Source: Desulfobacterales bacterium
GTDB lineage: Bacteria; Desulfobacterota; Desulfobacteria; Desulfobacterales; UBA5852
Length of the DNA: 64,000 nt
Direction of reading: 5' to 3'
Assembly (NCBI GenBank): GCA_963674755.2
Contig: CAXXVS010000001.1
Span: 1,024,001-1,088,000, forward strand
How positions within the stretch are numbered: the first letter of the stretch is position 1; every line of letters begins with the position of its first letter. The position numbers and the translations under genes were made by a program. Of the stretch, positions 29,423 to 40,050 are shown piece after piece. Under the pieces are notes generated by a model, which was not told the DNA's origin, ran no database searches, and saw nothing but the letters and a program-made list of their open reading frames with translations.

Positions 29423-30574
29423 TCAACGCCTCCCGCCGCCGCCCCGAGAGAATCCACCGCGGCTCGCGGCCCCCCGATTGAGGGCCTGCCGGTCGAAGTT
29501 TTTATCGCCGATACTGAAGGCACTGGCGTTGCCGGAGGGCCGCTGCGACGGAAGTTGGAGGTCGCGGGTTGGCGACTTGGGGAGATCAAGGGTCTGGGGG
29601 CGTTGCACATTGCCGGTCGAAGGCCGCTGGATATTCCGCGAACCACTGCCGTCAAATCCCCGCTGGGTGTTCCGGTCGATGTACGTCTGAGGCTTGGCGC
29701 CCGTTCGGCGGCTGTCGTATTTTTGCTGGGTCGGTGCGTCCCGATAACGCACGCTGCCCCGGTTTTGGACATTGTGCTCCCACCTCTGAATGTTGGTATT
29801 GTTGATATTGACGCGATTGACGTTGATATTGACGTTCCCGGGGCGGTGGTAGATGTTATGACCATGCCAGTCGCAGCCGCCCCACAGGGCCGCGCCCACG
29901 GCCACGCCGACGCTGAACGAAATCACATTGGAGGCCACATAGCCGGGGGGGTACCAGTAGGCCGGGGGGCGGGTGTAGATGGGGTAGTACCAGATGGGCG
30001 GTGCCCAGTAGGTGCTGTAGACCACCGTGGGATTGTAGGCCGGCACATAGACCACCTGGGTGGCGGGTTCGATCTGGATGATCTTGTTCTCCACCACGAC
30101 TTTTTGTTGATCGTTGGTTTTCAGGTTGCCGGCCTCGTAGGCATAGTGGCGCAGGCGCTGCACCGCGTCCATGACCGCCTTCTGGTCGGCCAGGACCGCA
30201 TCGCCCAGATCTTGGGTCCATTCCAGGTTGCTGCTCATGCGGTCCAGGACGTCCGGGAAAAACACCAGGGACTGGACGCTGGGATCCCATTTCTCTTTTG
30301 CGACGGCCTGCTGGAGGGCATCCCCCTGCAAGCCCGGGTTTTTTTTCAGCCAGCGATCCGCCTCGACCACCTGGAGCGGATAGGTGGCGGCCATCATGAT
30401 CTGGGCCACCAAACCGTCCGTGTAAAGGGCAATGGGCGCCACCAGCTGTTCGAGCTTGTCTGCGGAGAAGGCCGGCGACGCATCTCCCGAAGCATCCTGG
30501 GCTGCGACCGGCGCTGCCAGCATGAGCAGGGCCGCCGTCAGCCCGCATAGCCATCGAATCGGTAAACCCTTCAT
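29423..30574 (-). CDS. DUF3300 domain exported protein
   Basis: LEQLVAPIALY, ATYPL, WDPSV, VYVPAYNP; low-complexity N/R/G tail; ORF extends to 30697, start 30574 gives a signal peptide. Confidence 0.85.
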   Translation of the reverse strand: MKGLPIRWLCGLTAALLMLAAPVAAQDASGDASPAFSADKLEQLVAPIALYTDGLVAQIMMAATYPLQVVEADRWLKKNPGLQGDALQQAVAKEKWDPSVQSLVFFPDVLDRMSSNLEWTQDLGDAVLADQKAVMDAVQRLRHYAYEAGNLKTNDQQKVVVENKIIQIEPATQVVYVPAYNPTVVYSTYWAPPIWYYPIYTRPPAYWYPPGYVASNVISFSVGVAVGAALWGGCDWHGHNIYHRPGNVNINVNRVNINNTNIQRWEHNVQNRGSVRYRDAPTQQKYDSRRTGAKPQTYIDRNTQRGFDGSGSRNIQRPSTGNVQRPQTLDLPKSPTRDLQLPSQRPSGNASAFSIGDKNFDRQALNRGAASRGGFSRGGGGRR

Positions 30575-30697
30575 TTTGGCCAGGGTTGGGCTGTTCGCTG
30601 CATCGTGGGCCCGTGTATTCCTAAGCATAGCGCCGGCGGGCGTGCTGGCGATTTCGTTTCCGGTGAAGGCGTTGACAATCCGTACGGCGATCTTCAT

Positions 30698-32344
30698 CTA
30701 AATACTCCAATCCATTAGGCTTGATTTATGTTCGCCAATTTTGACGACAACCAAGCTGATGTCGTCTTCCGGTTTGACGCCGTAGGTAAAACGCTGGAGG
30801 TCGTCATAGACGGCATCGACGATGGCGGACGCTTCCTTGGCAGCATGCTTCCGGATGACATTGCGCAAGCGCGGCATGCCGTAGCGGCTTCCGCGCCGAT
30901 CGAAGGCCTCCCAGATACCGTCCGTGCCGATGGCGATGATCTGCTCTCCGGTCGTTGCAGGTCCCCGATGGTAGGGGTACTGGTAGTCGGCTTCAACCCC
31001 CAGGGCCATGCCTGCGCCTTTGAGCTCCTCGAAGCGTTCCTGGCGCGGGGTGTAGAGAAGGGCCGGTGCGTGTCCGGCTCTGACCCATCCCAGTCGCGGG
31101 TCCCGGCGGTCCAGCTCCAGGCAGAAGAGGGTCATGAAGCGTCCCGTGTCGAGGACGTCCTGGGCCAGCTGCCGGTTCATGGCGTTGATGATGCCTGCGG
31201 CATCGTAGCCCCGGGAGGCTTCCAGTCGAAAGATGGCCCGCGCCGTCGTCATGAGAAGGGCGGCCTCGGCACCGTGTCCGGTTACATCACCCACCACGAT
31301 GCGGACATGCTCCTGGGGCCGGTGCGGGTCCACCCAGAAGTCGAAGTAGTCCCCCCCGATTTCATCGCAGCTGCGCGTCCGGCCAGCGATATCGAGTCCC
31401 TTGATCCTGGGATGGTGTTGCGGCTGAAGGCTTCGCTGAACCTCTCCGGCCAGCACCAGGGACCGTTTTTGCAGGGTCAAATCGCTGACAAAGTTCATGT
31501 AGCCGATGGGTGCCCCGTGGTCGTCTTCGAGGATATCTCCGTAAATGCGCACGGGGACTTTCCGGCCGGATTTCGATCGGAGGGTGCCCTCGATTTCTTT
31601 GTGGCGGGCGTAAAACAATTTGGACCGGTTGACGGACAAGAATTGCCCGAAGTCCTCGGCGGCAAAGTCCACGGAGGAGTGACCGATGACCTGGGACCGT
31701 TTATAGCCGATCATCCGGCAAAAGGCCTCGTTGGCATCGGTAATCGTCAGGTCCTTGTCCATCAACACGAAACCCTCACCGGTGGTGGCGATAATCCGTC
31801 GGTATTTCTCTTCGCTTTTGCGGACTTCCATCTCGGCGTGCAGCCGCTGCAGCTCCGCGGAGGCCCGGGCGGCGAAGATCTTGAACACTTCCAGCAGGTG
31901 GGGTTCCGGGGGCATGGGGCGCGTGTCGAACACCGCCAGATTGCCCATAACCTGCCCGGCCGCGTCCAGCAAGGGGACGCCCAGATAGCTGCGGGCCTGG
32001 AATTGCTCGAAGGCTGCGTTCTGGGGGTAGAGCCGCAAAACATTGTCGGGATGGTGGATGGTATCCGTTGTTGCAATGACTTGTTCGCAGGGCGTGCCGC
32101 AGATGTCGAGGTAGAGGTCTTCGGCGACCTGGCCGTTGGACCAGAAGGCCAGCGCATGGAGCTGGCGTGTCTCAGGGATGTACTCGGTGACCCAGGCGCT
32201 GTGGGTCTGCACGGCGCTGGACAGATGTTCCACCAGCGCCTTGAAAAATTGGCTGCCCGTAGCCGTGGCGGTGCCTTCCATAATATGACGCAGAATGGCA
32301 TTCTCGTCCGGGATGCGGGTCGGGAGGGGTTGGACGGTTCCCAT
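30698..32344 (-). CDS. GAF-PAS-PP2C (SpoIIE/RsbU-type) phosphatase
   Basis: IGGDYFD, VGDVTGHG, GTDGIWE, EDDISLVVVK; upstream GAF and PAS. Confidence 0.9.
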   Translation of the reverse strand: MGTVQPLPTRIPDENAILRHIMEGTATATGSQFFKALVEHLSSAVQTHSAWVTEYIPETRQLHALAFWSNGQVAEDLYLDICGTPCEQVIATTDTIHHPDNVLRLYPQNAAFEQFQARSYLGVPLLDAAGQVMGNLAVFDTRPMPPEPHLLEVFKIFAARASAELQRLHAEMEVRKSEEKYRRIIATTGEGFVLMDKDLTITDANEAFCRMIGYKRSQVIGHSSVDFAAEDFGQFLSVNRSKLFYARHKEIEGTLRSKSGRKVPVRIYGDILEDDHGAPIGYMNFVSDLTLQKRSLVLAGEVQRSLQPQHHPRIKGLDIAGRTRSCDEIGGDYFDFWVDPHRPQEHVRIVVGDVTGHGAEAALLMTTARAIFRLEASRGYDAAGIINAMNRQLAQDVLDTGRFMTLFCLELDRRDPRLGWVRAGHAPALLYTPRQERFEELKGAGMALGVEADYQYPYHRGPATTGEQIIAIGTDGIWEAFDRRGSRYGMPRLRNVIRKHAAKEASAIVDAVYDDLQRFTYGVKPEDDISLVVVKIGEHKSSLMDWSI

Positions 32345-32489
32345 GCGGATCACTCCAGTATAGGGCGGAAATCGACGGCACGATGCGAATTTTGTCGTCG
32401 AGAATGATCGGGTAACGGGGGCGGCGCTTGGGGGAGGGGATTTAAGGAAACGGGAATTTATCCATAGCCCCATCGCAACCCGGATACTG

Positions 32490-32777
32490 TCAAGATGGCG
32501 TTTCGTCCTGTTTTGTCAAGATCGGCATGATCACGGATAGATAATCCCTTGCGTAGAAGAGGTGGAGCGCGTCGAGGAAAACGAAGGGCAGACTGAGCAG
32601 GATGAGAACGATCGCGCGTTTGCGGTCCGCGGAAAGCGCGTAATAACTGGCCAGCGGAATCATGGCCACCAGCAAACTGGACGTCAGCCAACCGAGTCTC
32701 CCGGCATGCCGGATGAAGGGCATCACCAGGATGACCAGCATGATGACCAAAACAATATAGAGAAAGCGGCTTTTCAT
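32490..32777 (-). pseudogene. Short membrane protein, possibly the truncated N-terminus of an ion-channel-family protein
   Basis: SD GGAGG; 95 aa with three TM helices, ending abruptly with no pore motif. Confidence 0.4.
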
Positions 32778-32852
32778 ATCCCTCCCTCCCATCACGTGCG
32801 ATTCTGAAGTGTTCCCTGACATTATGCCCGCTAAATTATATGCGCAAATCAA

Positions 32853-32881
32853 TTGACCCCTTCTCCGGGTTTCAGTATAGT
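32853..32881 (+). promoter_or_regulatory. Sigma70-like promoter for the MFS gene
   Basis: TTGACC-N17-TATAGT. Confidence 0.55.
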
Positions 32882-32993
32882 CGCCCATTTTGATGCCGTT
32901 GCCCCCAAAGCAATTCGATGCAATCCCCGTGGCCCTGCGGCGGCACGATCCTTCAGGCAGCTGCCGGAGGGCGACGCCATATCGCTGAACACC

Positions 32994-34154
32994 ATGACTG
33001 AAACCGCCAAAACCAACCTGCGGGTGATTTTCGCCCTGACCCTGGTGCATTTCACGGGAGACTTCTACAGTTCCTTCACCACGCCTCTGTTTCCGCTGTT
33101 TGTGGAAAAATTGGGCCTGTCGCTGACCGAGGTGGGGTTGATTGCCGGGATCAACCGGTTCCTGGCCTTCATCGTGCAGCCCTCGGTCGGTTACCTGGCG
33201 GATCGCTACCCCACCCGGGCCTTTACCATGACGGGGCTTATCCTGGCGGTGATTTTCATCCCCCTGTCCGGCCTGGCGTCGGGGTTCTGGACGCTGCTGC
33301 TGGTGGTGGCCGTGGGATCCGTCGGCTCATCCATGTTTCATCCGGCCGTTACCGGCATGGTGCCGCTGTATGCCGGCCGCAATGCCGGCTTTGCCATGTC
33401 CATCTTCAACACGGGCGGCACCCTGGCCTTCGGGGTGGGACCCCTTTTTGTCACCTGGTATGCGGCGCGCTTCGGCCTGGCCGCGCTGCCGGCCACCATG
33501 GCCCTCGGCCTGCTGACGGCGGTGTATCTCTACCTCGTGCTGCCATCGCCCCCCAACGAGGGGTTACAGCGCAACGGCCTTTGGGGCGCCATCCGGGAAA
33601 GTCTGGGTGATGCCTGGAAAGCCGTGGCCCTGATCTGGCTGGTTATGGTGCTGCGGGCGGTGGTGGGGCAGTCTTTCATGACGTTCATGCCGGTGCTTTT
33701 CGTTCAGGAGGGGTTTTCGCTGGTGGAGGCCGGCACCCTGTTTTCCCTGTTCACCGTAGCCGGCACCATTAGCGGATTGATGGCCGGCGCCATTTCCGAT
33801 CGGATCGGCTTCAAACCGGTGTTCTTCCTTACCCACGGGCTGATGACGCCCGTCCTGCTGCTTTTCCTGCAACTCAAAGGGGGCTGGGTCTATGCCGGCG
33901 CCGCCCTGGCCGGCGCCATCGTGCTGGCCACGCTGCCCCTGGGGGTGGTCATGGCCCAATCCCTGGCACCCAAGGGGCGTTCCATGGTGGGCAGCCTGAT
34001 GATGGGGTTTGCCTTCGGACTGGGGGGGATCGTGGCGCCTCTTGTGGGACGGTTGGCGGATGTCTATTCGGTGCGCGCCGTCCTGACAGGTATTTCCCTG
34101 ATCCCGCTCATCACCCTTCTCTTGATTGCCCGCTTTCCCGTCGTTAAACACTGA
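32994..34154 (+). CDS. MFS transporter (Fsr-like)
   Basis: About 12 TM helices; QPSVGYLADR, GSSMFHP, GAISDRIG. Confidence 0.88.
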   Translation: MTETAKTNLRVIFALTLVHFTGDFYSSFTTPLFPLFVEKLGLSLTEVGLIAGINRFLAFIVQPSVGYLADRYPTRAFTMTGLILAVIFIPLSGLASGFWTLLLVVAVGSVGSSMFHPAVTGMVPLYAGRNAGFAMSIFNTGGTLAFGVGPLFVTWYAARFGLAALPATMALGLLTAVYLYLVLPSPPNEGLQRNGLWGAIRESLGDAWKAVALIWLVMVLRAVVGQSFMTFMPVLFVQEGFSLVEAGTLFSLFTVAGTISGLMAGAISDRIGFKPVFFLTHGLMTPVLLLFLQLKGGWVYAGAALAGAIVLATLPLGVVMAQSLAPKGRSMVGSLMMGFAFGLGGIVAPLVGRLADVYSVRAVLTGISLIPLITLLLIARFPVVKH

Positions 34155-34289
34155 ACCACTTGAAATCAAAGAAAATGGGTGTTTAATAGAAGGCGTGCCG
34201 CAGATTGGCGGGAATGGTCCCCATCCAGCGCCGTCTGCCGATATCCCTAAGCAGAAGCCCCGAGGCGTGGGGCTTGGAGGAGGTCTGCC

Positions 34290-35108
34290 GTGCCCGCATA
34301 CCCCTGGTATCGCATGTCCGTAGGACCGGTTATGGTGGTTTTACTATTGGCGTTTTTAGGCTGCGCCGGGAAGAAGCCGCCGCCGGCGCCGGTGGTGGTG
34401 ACGGGCCCTGATCCGGCCGTCCTGGACGCATTGGAAGCCGACAATCGGCGCTTGTCCGAAACGGTGATCGAGCAGGAACGGCAACTCAAAGAAAAGGACG
34501 CCCAGATCGGCCGGCTTCAACTGCAGCTCCTGGAGCGTGATGCCCGCTATCGCGCCCTGGCCGGTCAACTTTCATCCCAGCAGGGCCGTCTGGACGAAGC
34601 CGTGGTGGAGGTGGTGCGGACCAAAGCCAAACTGCGCAGCATCGAAAGCCGGGCCGAGGCGGCCTCTTCCATCACCGAGGCCGAGATTGCCCTCAAGGGA
34701 CTGAAAGACCGCCTTGACGCCACCGACACCCGTCCCCACGATGATTATCAGAAGGCCCAAGCCCTGGTGCGCATGAGCACCAGTGAGTTCAAGAAGGCAA
34801 ACTACGGAGGCGCCCTTTATCTGGCGGGCCAGGCCCAGGGCCAGATCAGGGCTGCCGAAGCGCATTTTGCCCGACCGGAAGGTCGTTCCCTGGCACCGGG
34901 CGAGGTGCTCTTTGCGCTGCCCCTGCCGCTCAAGGTATTGAAGCGCAGTAATTTGCGCCGGGGACCCTCCCTGCAAGCCAAGATCGAACGCACCCTGGAT
35001 ATCGGCGATCCGATCCTCGGCTATTCCTACAAGGAGGAGTGGATTCGGGTCCAAACCGAGGACGGAATAAATGGTTGGATTTTCCAGACCCTGGTGAGTG
35101 AGCGCTAG
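34290..35108 (+). CDS. Lipoprotein with coiled coil and C-terminal SH3b domain
   Basis: Lipobox FLGC; long coiled coil; SNLRRGPS...WIRVQTEDGINGWI; start may be 34314 or 34332. Confidence 0.75.
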   Translation: MPAYPWYRMSVGPVMVVLLLAFLGCAGKKPPPAPVVVTGPDPAVLDALEADNRRLSETVIEQERQLKEKDAQIGRLQLQLLERDARYRALAGQLSSQQGRLDEAVVEVVRTKAKLRSIESRAEAASSITEAEIALKGLKDRLDATDTRPHDDYQKAQALVRMSTSEFKKANYGGALYLAGQAQGQIRAAEAHFARPEGRSLAPGEVLFALPLPLKVLKRSNLRRGPSLQAKIERTLDIGDPILGYSYKEEWIRVQTEDGINGWIFQTLVSER

Positions 35109-35215
35109 GCGTCCGGCCGGATTCGATCCGCCAGAGGCGTCCGAGGACTAATTCCCGGCCGCGTGCGGCGTTGGATGGCGTTTACCGATGCCCGGCTGGT
35201 TCGCGGCGGGGCCAT

Positions 35216-36988
35216 TCATTTTGCGGTGTGACGCCTTTCGGGCGTAATGAGTCGGATGGGGCCCTGCTTGGGCCCCGCGGCTTTCTGATCGGCGGCCGTG
35301 GTCACCCGGTTGCGCCCGGCCGCTTTGGCCGCGTAGAGGGCTTGATCCGCCTGCTGGAACAGTTCTTCCGGACTGTCGCCGTGTTGGGGGAACATGGCCA
35401 TTCCGAGGCTGACGGTGATCCGATCCCCCTTGGGGTTGATGCGTTGCTGGGCCACCCGTTCCCGAATCCGTTCGGCCACTTCCAACCCACCGGTCGCCCC
35501 CACCTCCGGCAGCATCACAATGAATTCCTCACCCCCGTAGCGGGCCGCATAGTCACAGCTGCGGACCGTATCCCGGAACACGCCGCCCAGCAGGCGCAGG
35601 ACCTCGTCGCCTTTCTGATGGCCGAAGGTATCGTTGATGTGTTTGAAATGGTCGATATCGATTACCAGCAGCGCAAACGTGTGCCCATTGCGTTTGGAGC
35701 GGGTGACCTCGTGCCCCAAAGTTTCCATCAGGTGTTTACGGTTGTTGAGGCCGGTCAACTCATCGGTGATGGACAGCTGGTGCAGTTCGCGGTTTTTCTC
35801 CTGGAGCTCTTCATTGACGCTGTCCAGCTCTTTGCGGCTGCGCCGGAGGCGCGCCACCATATGGTTGAAAACCTGGGTCAGGTAGCCTACCTCGGACCGG
35901 GTATAGACCGGCAGGTCCACCGCCAGATCGCCGGCCGCCACCTGATCGGCACCCCGGGTCAGGCGACGCAGGGGGCGCACAATGGTCAACCCCAGCCAAT
36001 AGGCGCACAGTCCGATACCGATCAGCAGGCCCCCCACCAGAACCAGGGTCATGCGCTGAAGGGCTTCGATTTGGGAAAAGGCCTTGGTTTTGTCCATCTC
36101 GGCCACCACCCCCCACTTTAAAGAGGGGACGACTTTGAGCGTGCCGATCACGGTTGCGTCCTTGTAGCTGGCATAGGTGACGGGTTTTCCCAGATGATCG
36201 TAAAGCTTGGTAATGCTGGCGTGTTCCAGGTAGACCTCCCGGGAGGGGCCGGAGAAAAGATGCGGACTGGCCAGCACTTTGCCCTCTTGGTTGACGAGGT
36301 AGGTTTCCCGGATATCGGATTGGGAGTAAGCAGCCAGGACACGGTCCATGGCATCCAGCGACAGTTTGGCCCCCAGGATGCCGATAACGTCGCCGCCGGG
36401 GGTGCGTATGGCATCGGCAATCAAGATGACCCGGGCTTGGAGCGCCTGGTCGTAGGTGGCCTGGCCGACGACCGCCTGGCCCTCGTCGATGCGCTCGCGC
36501 CAGCCCACCGGAAGGGCAGGCTCTCCCTGAACCGCCGCACTGGAGGCGATGCGGCGTCCGTCGAGGTCGAGGATCATCAGCTCTGCATAATCGGCGAATT
36601 TGGCGCGCACGGACTGCAAATACTCCTGAATCAAACTCATGGCCACCAGATGTTCCACATGGGAGCCGTTGGCGCGGAGAATTTTCAGCAGGTTTTCCGA
36701 AACGATGTAGGAACTGGCGAAGACGCGGACGTCATAGAGCTTTCCCTTTATCAGGAGATCGAGTTCGCGCGATACTTGGGAGGTGGCATCACGCAACTCC
36801 TGGGAGATCTTTTCACTGAGGAAGCGGGTGTTCTGGAGGTAGGAGAGGCTGCCCAGGGTGATGGCCGGGATGATGGTGGCCGCCAAGGCGAACACCATGA
36901 TGCGGATTTTGATGCTTTGCAGCCAGGGCGGTTTGGAAGAAACCGCAGGGCCATTTGTTTTCGACGATGGGGGGGGTTCGGATGCCAT
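35216..36988 (-). CDS. Membrane diguanylate cyclase (Cache-HAMP-GGDEF)
   Basis: Two TMs; HAMP; TDELTGLNNR, DIDHFKHIND, RSCD I-site, RYGGEEF. Confidence 0.92.
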   Translation of the reverse strand: MASEPPPSSKTNGPAVSSKPPWLQSIKIRIMVFALAATIIPAITLGSLSYLQNTRFLSEKISQELRDATSQVSRELDLLIKGKLYDVRVFASSYIVSENLLKILRANGSHVEHLVAMSLIQEYLQSVRAKFADYAELMILDLDGRRIASSAAVQGEPALPVGWRERIDEGQAVVGQATYDQALQARVILIADAIRTPGGDVIGILGAKLSLDAMDRVLAAYSQSDIRETYLVNQEGKVLASPHLFSGPSREVYLEHASITKLYDHLGKPVTYASYKDATVIGTLKVVPSLKWGVVAEMDKTKAFSQIEALQRMTLVLVGGLLIGIGLCAYWLGLTIVRPLRRLTRGADQVAAGDLAVDLPVYTRSEVGYLTQVFNHMVARLRRSRKELDSVNEELQEKNRELHQLSITDELTGLNNRKHLMETLGHEVTRSKRNGHTFALLVIDIDHFKHINDTFGHQKGDEVLRLLGGVFRDTVRSCDYAARYGGEEFIVMLPEVGATGGLEVAERIRERVAQQRINPKGDRITVSLGMAMFPQHGDSPEELFQQADQALYAAKAAGRNRVTTAADQKAAGPKQGPIRLITPERRHTAK

Positions 36989-37063
36989 GCCGCGATATCC
37001 CTCTCGGGTAAGACTTCGGCCAGGAAATGCAATCGGATCCTATGGGCGCCTAATATGTCTTGC

Positions 37064-37093
37064 ATTATAACAACTATTTGAAACAATAGTCAA
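37064..37093 (-). promoter_or_regulatory. Sigma70-like promoter of the diguanylate cyclase
   Basis: Minus strand TTGACT-N18-TATAAT. Confidence 0.6.
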
Positions 37094-37221
37094 TATTTCT
37101 CGATTTGAGGCGGTTTGGCAGTGCCCGGACAGGTTGACAAGCGGCCAGGCCCATGGTTTGACCCAAGGCCAAAGGGCATCGGACTCCTCCATTCTTGAAT
37201 CTTTAAAAGAGGGCGCGTCAT

Positions 37222-38307
37222 ATGGAATTATTGGTTCTGTTTTTTCTGCTTTCCATCGGATTCTCGTTTCTTTGCTCGGTATGGGAGGCCGTCCTCTTGA
37301 GTATCCCGCCCTCCTTTGTGGCGGCCCTTGAAAAAGAGGGCTCCCAGTTGGGGCGGCGTTTGGGGCGTTTCAAGGCGGATATCGACCGCCCGCTGGCGGC
37401 CATCCTGACCTTGAACACGATCGCCCACACGGTGGGGGCCATCGGCGTCGGCGCCCAGGCGGCCCGGATTTACAGCGACGCCCATTTATGGGGGCTCAAC
37501 GTGGCCGCGGTCATCGTCCCCACCGCCATGACCCTGGCGATCCTCATTCTCTCGGAGATCATCCCCAAAACCCTAGGCGCCACCTATTGGCGATTCCTGG
37601 TGGGCTTTACGGTCCGCGCCGTGACGGCGATCATCTACGGCCTTTATCCGCTGGTTGGTCTCAGCCAGTTGATTACGCGCAAGCTGAAGGGCGACAACCC
37701 GCGGAGTGTCCTGAGCCGCTCCGAGTTTTCCGCTATGGCCGAGAGCATTACGGCCCAAGGGGTTTTGAAGAAGCACGAGTTCGGGATGATCAAAAACCTG
37801 CTGGATTTTGAAACCGTGCGTGCCCGGGACGTCATGACGCCCCGCACGGTGATGGTGGCTGCCGACGAAACCCAGACCATCGCCGCGTTCAACGCAGCGA
37901 ATCCCTCCTTACGGGTTTCGCGAATCCCGGTTTTCGACGGCAGCATCGACCGGATCAGCGGGTTCGTGATCCGGGCCGATATCCTGGCCCGGCTGGTGGC
38001 CGATCAGGACAGTCTGCTGCTCAAGGACCTCAAGCGCCCCATCGTCCTCGTGTCGGAAGATGACTTGCTGCCGGACATCTTCAACATCCTGATCGAAAAA
38101 CGGGCCCACATCGCGGTCGTTGTGAATGCGTTTGGCGGCACGGCCGGGGTGTTGACCATGGAGGATGTGGTGGAAACCCTGCTGGGGCTGGAAATCGTCG
38201 ATGAATTCGACCGCACGGCGGATTTGCAGCAGCTGGCCCGCAAAAACTGGGAAGCGCGCGCCAAGGCCCTGGGGCTGATCGCCGGCGATGCGCCCGATGA
38301 GGGATGA
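37222..38307 (+). CDS. CNNM (DUF21)-CBS hemolysin-family protein
   Basis: SFLCSVWEAVLLS, ILTLNTIAHTVGA, SEIIPKT, VMTPRTV, TMEDVVE. Confidence 0.9.
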   Translation: MELLVLFFLLSIGFSFLCSVWEAVLLSIPPSFVAALEKEGSQLGRRLGRFKADIDRPLAAILTLNTIAHTVGAIGVGAQAARIYSDAHLWGLNVAAVIVPTAMTLAILILSEIIPKTLGATYWRFLVGFTVRAVTAIIYGLYPLVGLSQLITRKLKGDNPRSVLSRSEFSAMAESITAQGVLKKHEFGMIKNLLDFETVRARDVMTPRTVMVAADETQTIAAFNAANPSLRVSRIPVFDGSIDRISGFVIRADILARLVADQDSLLLKDLKRPIVLVSEDDLLPDIFNILIEKRAHIAVVVNAFGGTAGVLTMEDVVETLLGLEIVDEFDRTADLQQLARKNWEARAKALGLIAGDAPDEG

Positions 38308-38564
38308 TCGAAACCATCCCCGCTGTGACCGGCCTTGTTGAGGTTCGACCATCGCGGGGCCTTATCCCCCAAGTGGTGTCTCGCTCGGGCAATAGGCGAG
38401 GGAGCGGATAAGACGGCCGGATGCGCTTGCAGCGGGCGAAGGTCCTTCTCTTGACCCGTCCTGTCCAATGATCACATTCAGGCATCAGGCAGCGGAGATG
38501 GCGATTTGCGACCATCGCGGGCGCGCTGCCAATCGATAGCGTCCTTTTTCAAAGGAGGTTCTCC

Positions 38565-38882
38565 ATGGCCGATAGCATCAAGGTGCAAGCGCTGGCCGAT
38601 CAGCTGGCCGCCAACTCCGATATCACGCTGCTCGATGTCAGGCGCAAAGCGGATTTCGATCAGGCGCCCAAGAAGATCAAGGGCGCCCGCTGGCACGATC
38701 CGGAAGTCTTGGCGGAATGGATGGATGCCGTGCCTAAAGATCGCAACGTAGTTGTCTACTGCGTCAAAGGCGGCTCGGTCAGCCAGTCCGTGACGGAAAC
38801 GCTGGCCGGGCAGGGCTGCCGGGTGCACTATCTGGAAGGCGGCCTCAAGGCCTGGCGGGAAGCGGGCGGATCGGTGGCATAG
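38565..38882 (+). CDS. Single-domain rhodanese-like protein
   Basis: LLDVR, VVYCVKGGSVS, YLEGGLKAW; SD AGGAGG. Confidence 0.88.
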   Translation: MADSIKVQALADQLAANSDITLLDVRRKADFDQAPKKIKGARWHDPEVLAEWMDAVPKDRNVVVYCVKGGSVSQSVTETLAGQGCRVHYLEGGLKAWREAGGSVA

Positions 38883-38887
38883 GCGAT

Positions 38888-38929
38888 AAAAAAAGCGCCC
38901 GAAGCCGTACAGAGCCGGCTCCGGGCGCT
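38888..38929 (-). terminator. Rho-independent terminator of proVWX
   Basis: AGCGCCCG..GCCG / CGGC..CGGGCGCT hairpin followed by a U-tract on the minus strand. Confidence 0.75.
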
Positions 38930-38952
38930 CATGTCTTACGAGAGGTATTGCG

Positions 38953-39987
38953 TTACATGGCGGCCTTGCGGGCTGCCTCCAGCCAACCGTTCCACTTGTC
39001 CGTGTGCTTGCCGATCCAATAGTCCACGTATTTTTCAATGTCCTTCTGGGATTTCTCGCCTTCGTTCATGCGGGCGTTCTGGGCGTTGATGTCGGACAGC
39101 GGCAGGGTGAACACCTCGAAGAACTTCTTGGCGGCCGGGTTGCTTTCGGCAAATTTCTTGTTGGCCACGATGCGGATGTCGGAAACCACGAACCCCAGCT
39201 TGATGGGATCGGTTACGGCACCCTCGATGCCGGAGACGGTCATGCGGTCCACAGCGGGTTTCTGGGAGTCCTTGGGAATGATCTTGGGCACGTTGATCCA
39301 CATGACGTCCTTGCCCGGCTTCAACTTGTACGTGGTCCAGTTGGGCGTCCAGGTATAGAAGAAGATGGGCAGACCGCTTTTGTAGTCCCCCAGGGCGGAA
39401 GCCATGCCGGCTTCGTAGGAGGCCTTGACCGGGTTGATGTAATCGCCGAGGTCGTAGACCTTCATGTGCCAGGCGATGACGTTTTCGCAGCCCCAGCCCG
39501 GCGGGCAGGCGGTCAGATCGGCCTTGCCGTCACCGTTTTTGTCGAAGGCTTCCATGACCTCGGGACGTTTGAAGTCGTCCAGAGACTTGATGTTGAATTC
39601 ATCCACAGCCTTTTTGGATACCAGGTAACCCTGGAGCCCGCCGGCTTTGACCACATAACCGATCTTCTCGGCTTTTTCAGCGAAATCTTTGGGGGTCTGG
39701 CTGTCGTGGTTGGGAAACCAGCCGTTGGTCCAGTAGTCGACATCGCCGAGGGTCACGGATTTATAGAAGATGGGGTTTTGCAGGTCCTTGGGTTTTTTGA
39801 CATCATAGCCCAGTTCCTCCAGGCCGCGGCGCACCAGCGCTTCCTGGAAAAAACCCGTGTTCCAGGTGGCCCGGGCCGGCTTGACCGTGACGCCCTTGCC
39901 CGGTTTCATGTCGTCGGCGGAGGCGGGAAGCACAGCCAGCGACAGGCAGACGGTGATCATGATCAACAATTGGGATAATCTTTTCAT
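38953..39987 (-). CDS. proX: Glycine betaine/proline ABC substrate-binding protein
   Basis: Signal peptide; CPPGWGC, FYTWTPNW; downstream of proW. Confidence 0.92.
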   Translation of the reverse strand: MKRLSQLLIMITVCLSLAVLPASADDMKPGKGVTVKPARATWNTGFFQEALVRRGLEELGYDVKKPKDLQNPIFYKSVTLGDVDYWTNGWFPNHDSQTPKDFAEKAEKIGYVVKAGGLQGYLVSKKAVDEFNIKSLDDFKRPEVMEAFDKNGDGKADLTACPPGWGCENVIAWHMKVYDLGDYINPVKASYEAGMASALGDYKSGLPIFFYTWTPNWTTYKLKPGKDVMWINVPKIIPKDSQKPAVDRMTVSGIEGAVTDPIKLGFVVSDIRIVANKKFAESNPAAKKFFEVFTLPLSDINAQNARMNEGEKSQKDIEKYVDYWIGKHTDKWNGWLEAARKAAM

Positions 39988-40050
39988 GGATCCTCCTTGA
40001 TTTGCTTCGTTGGTTGCATTGAAAGGTCGACGTTTGAAACGCCGCAAGCT

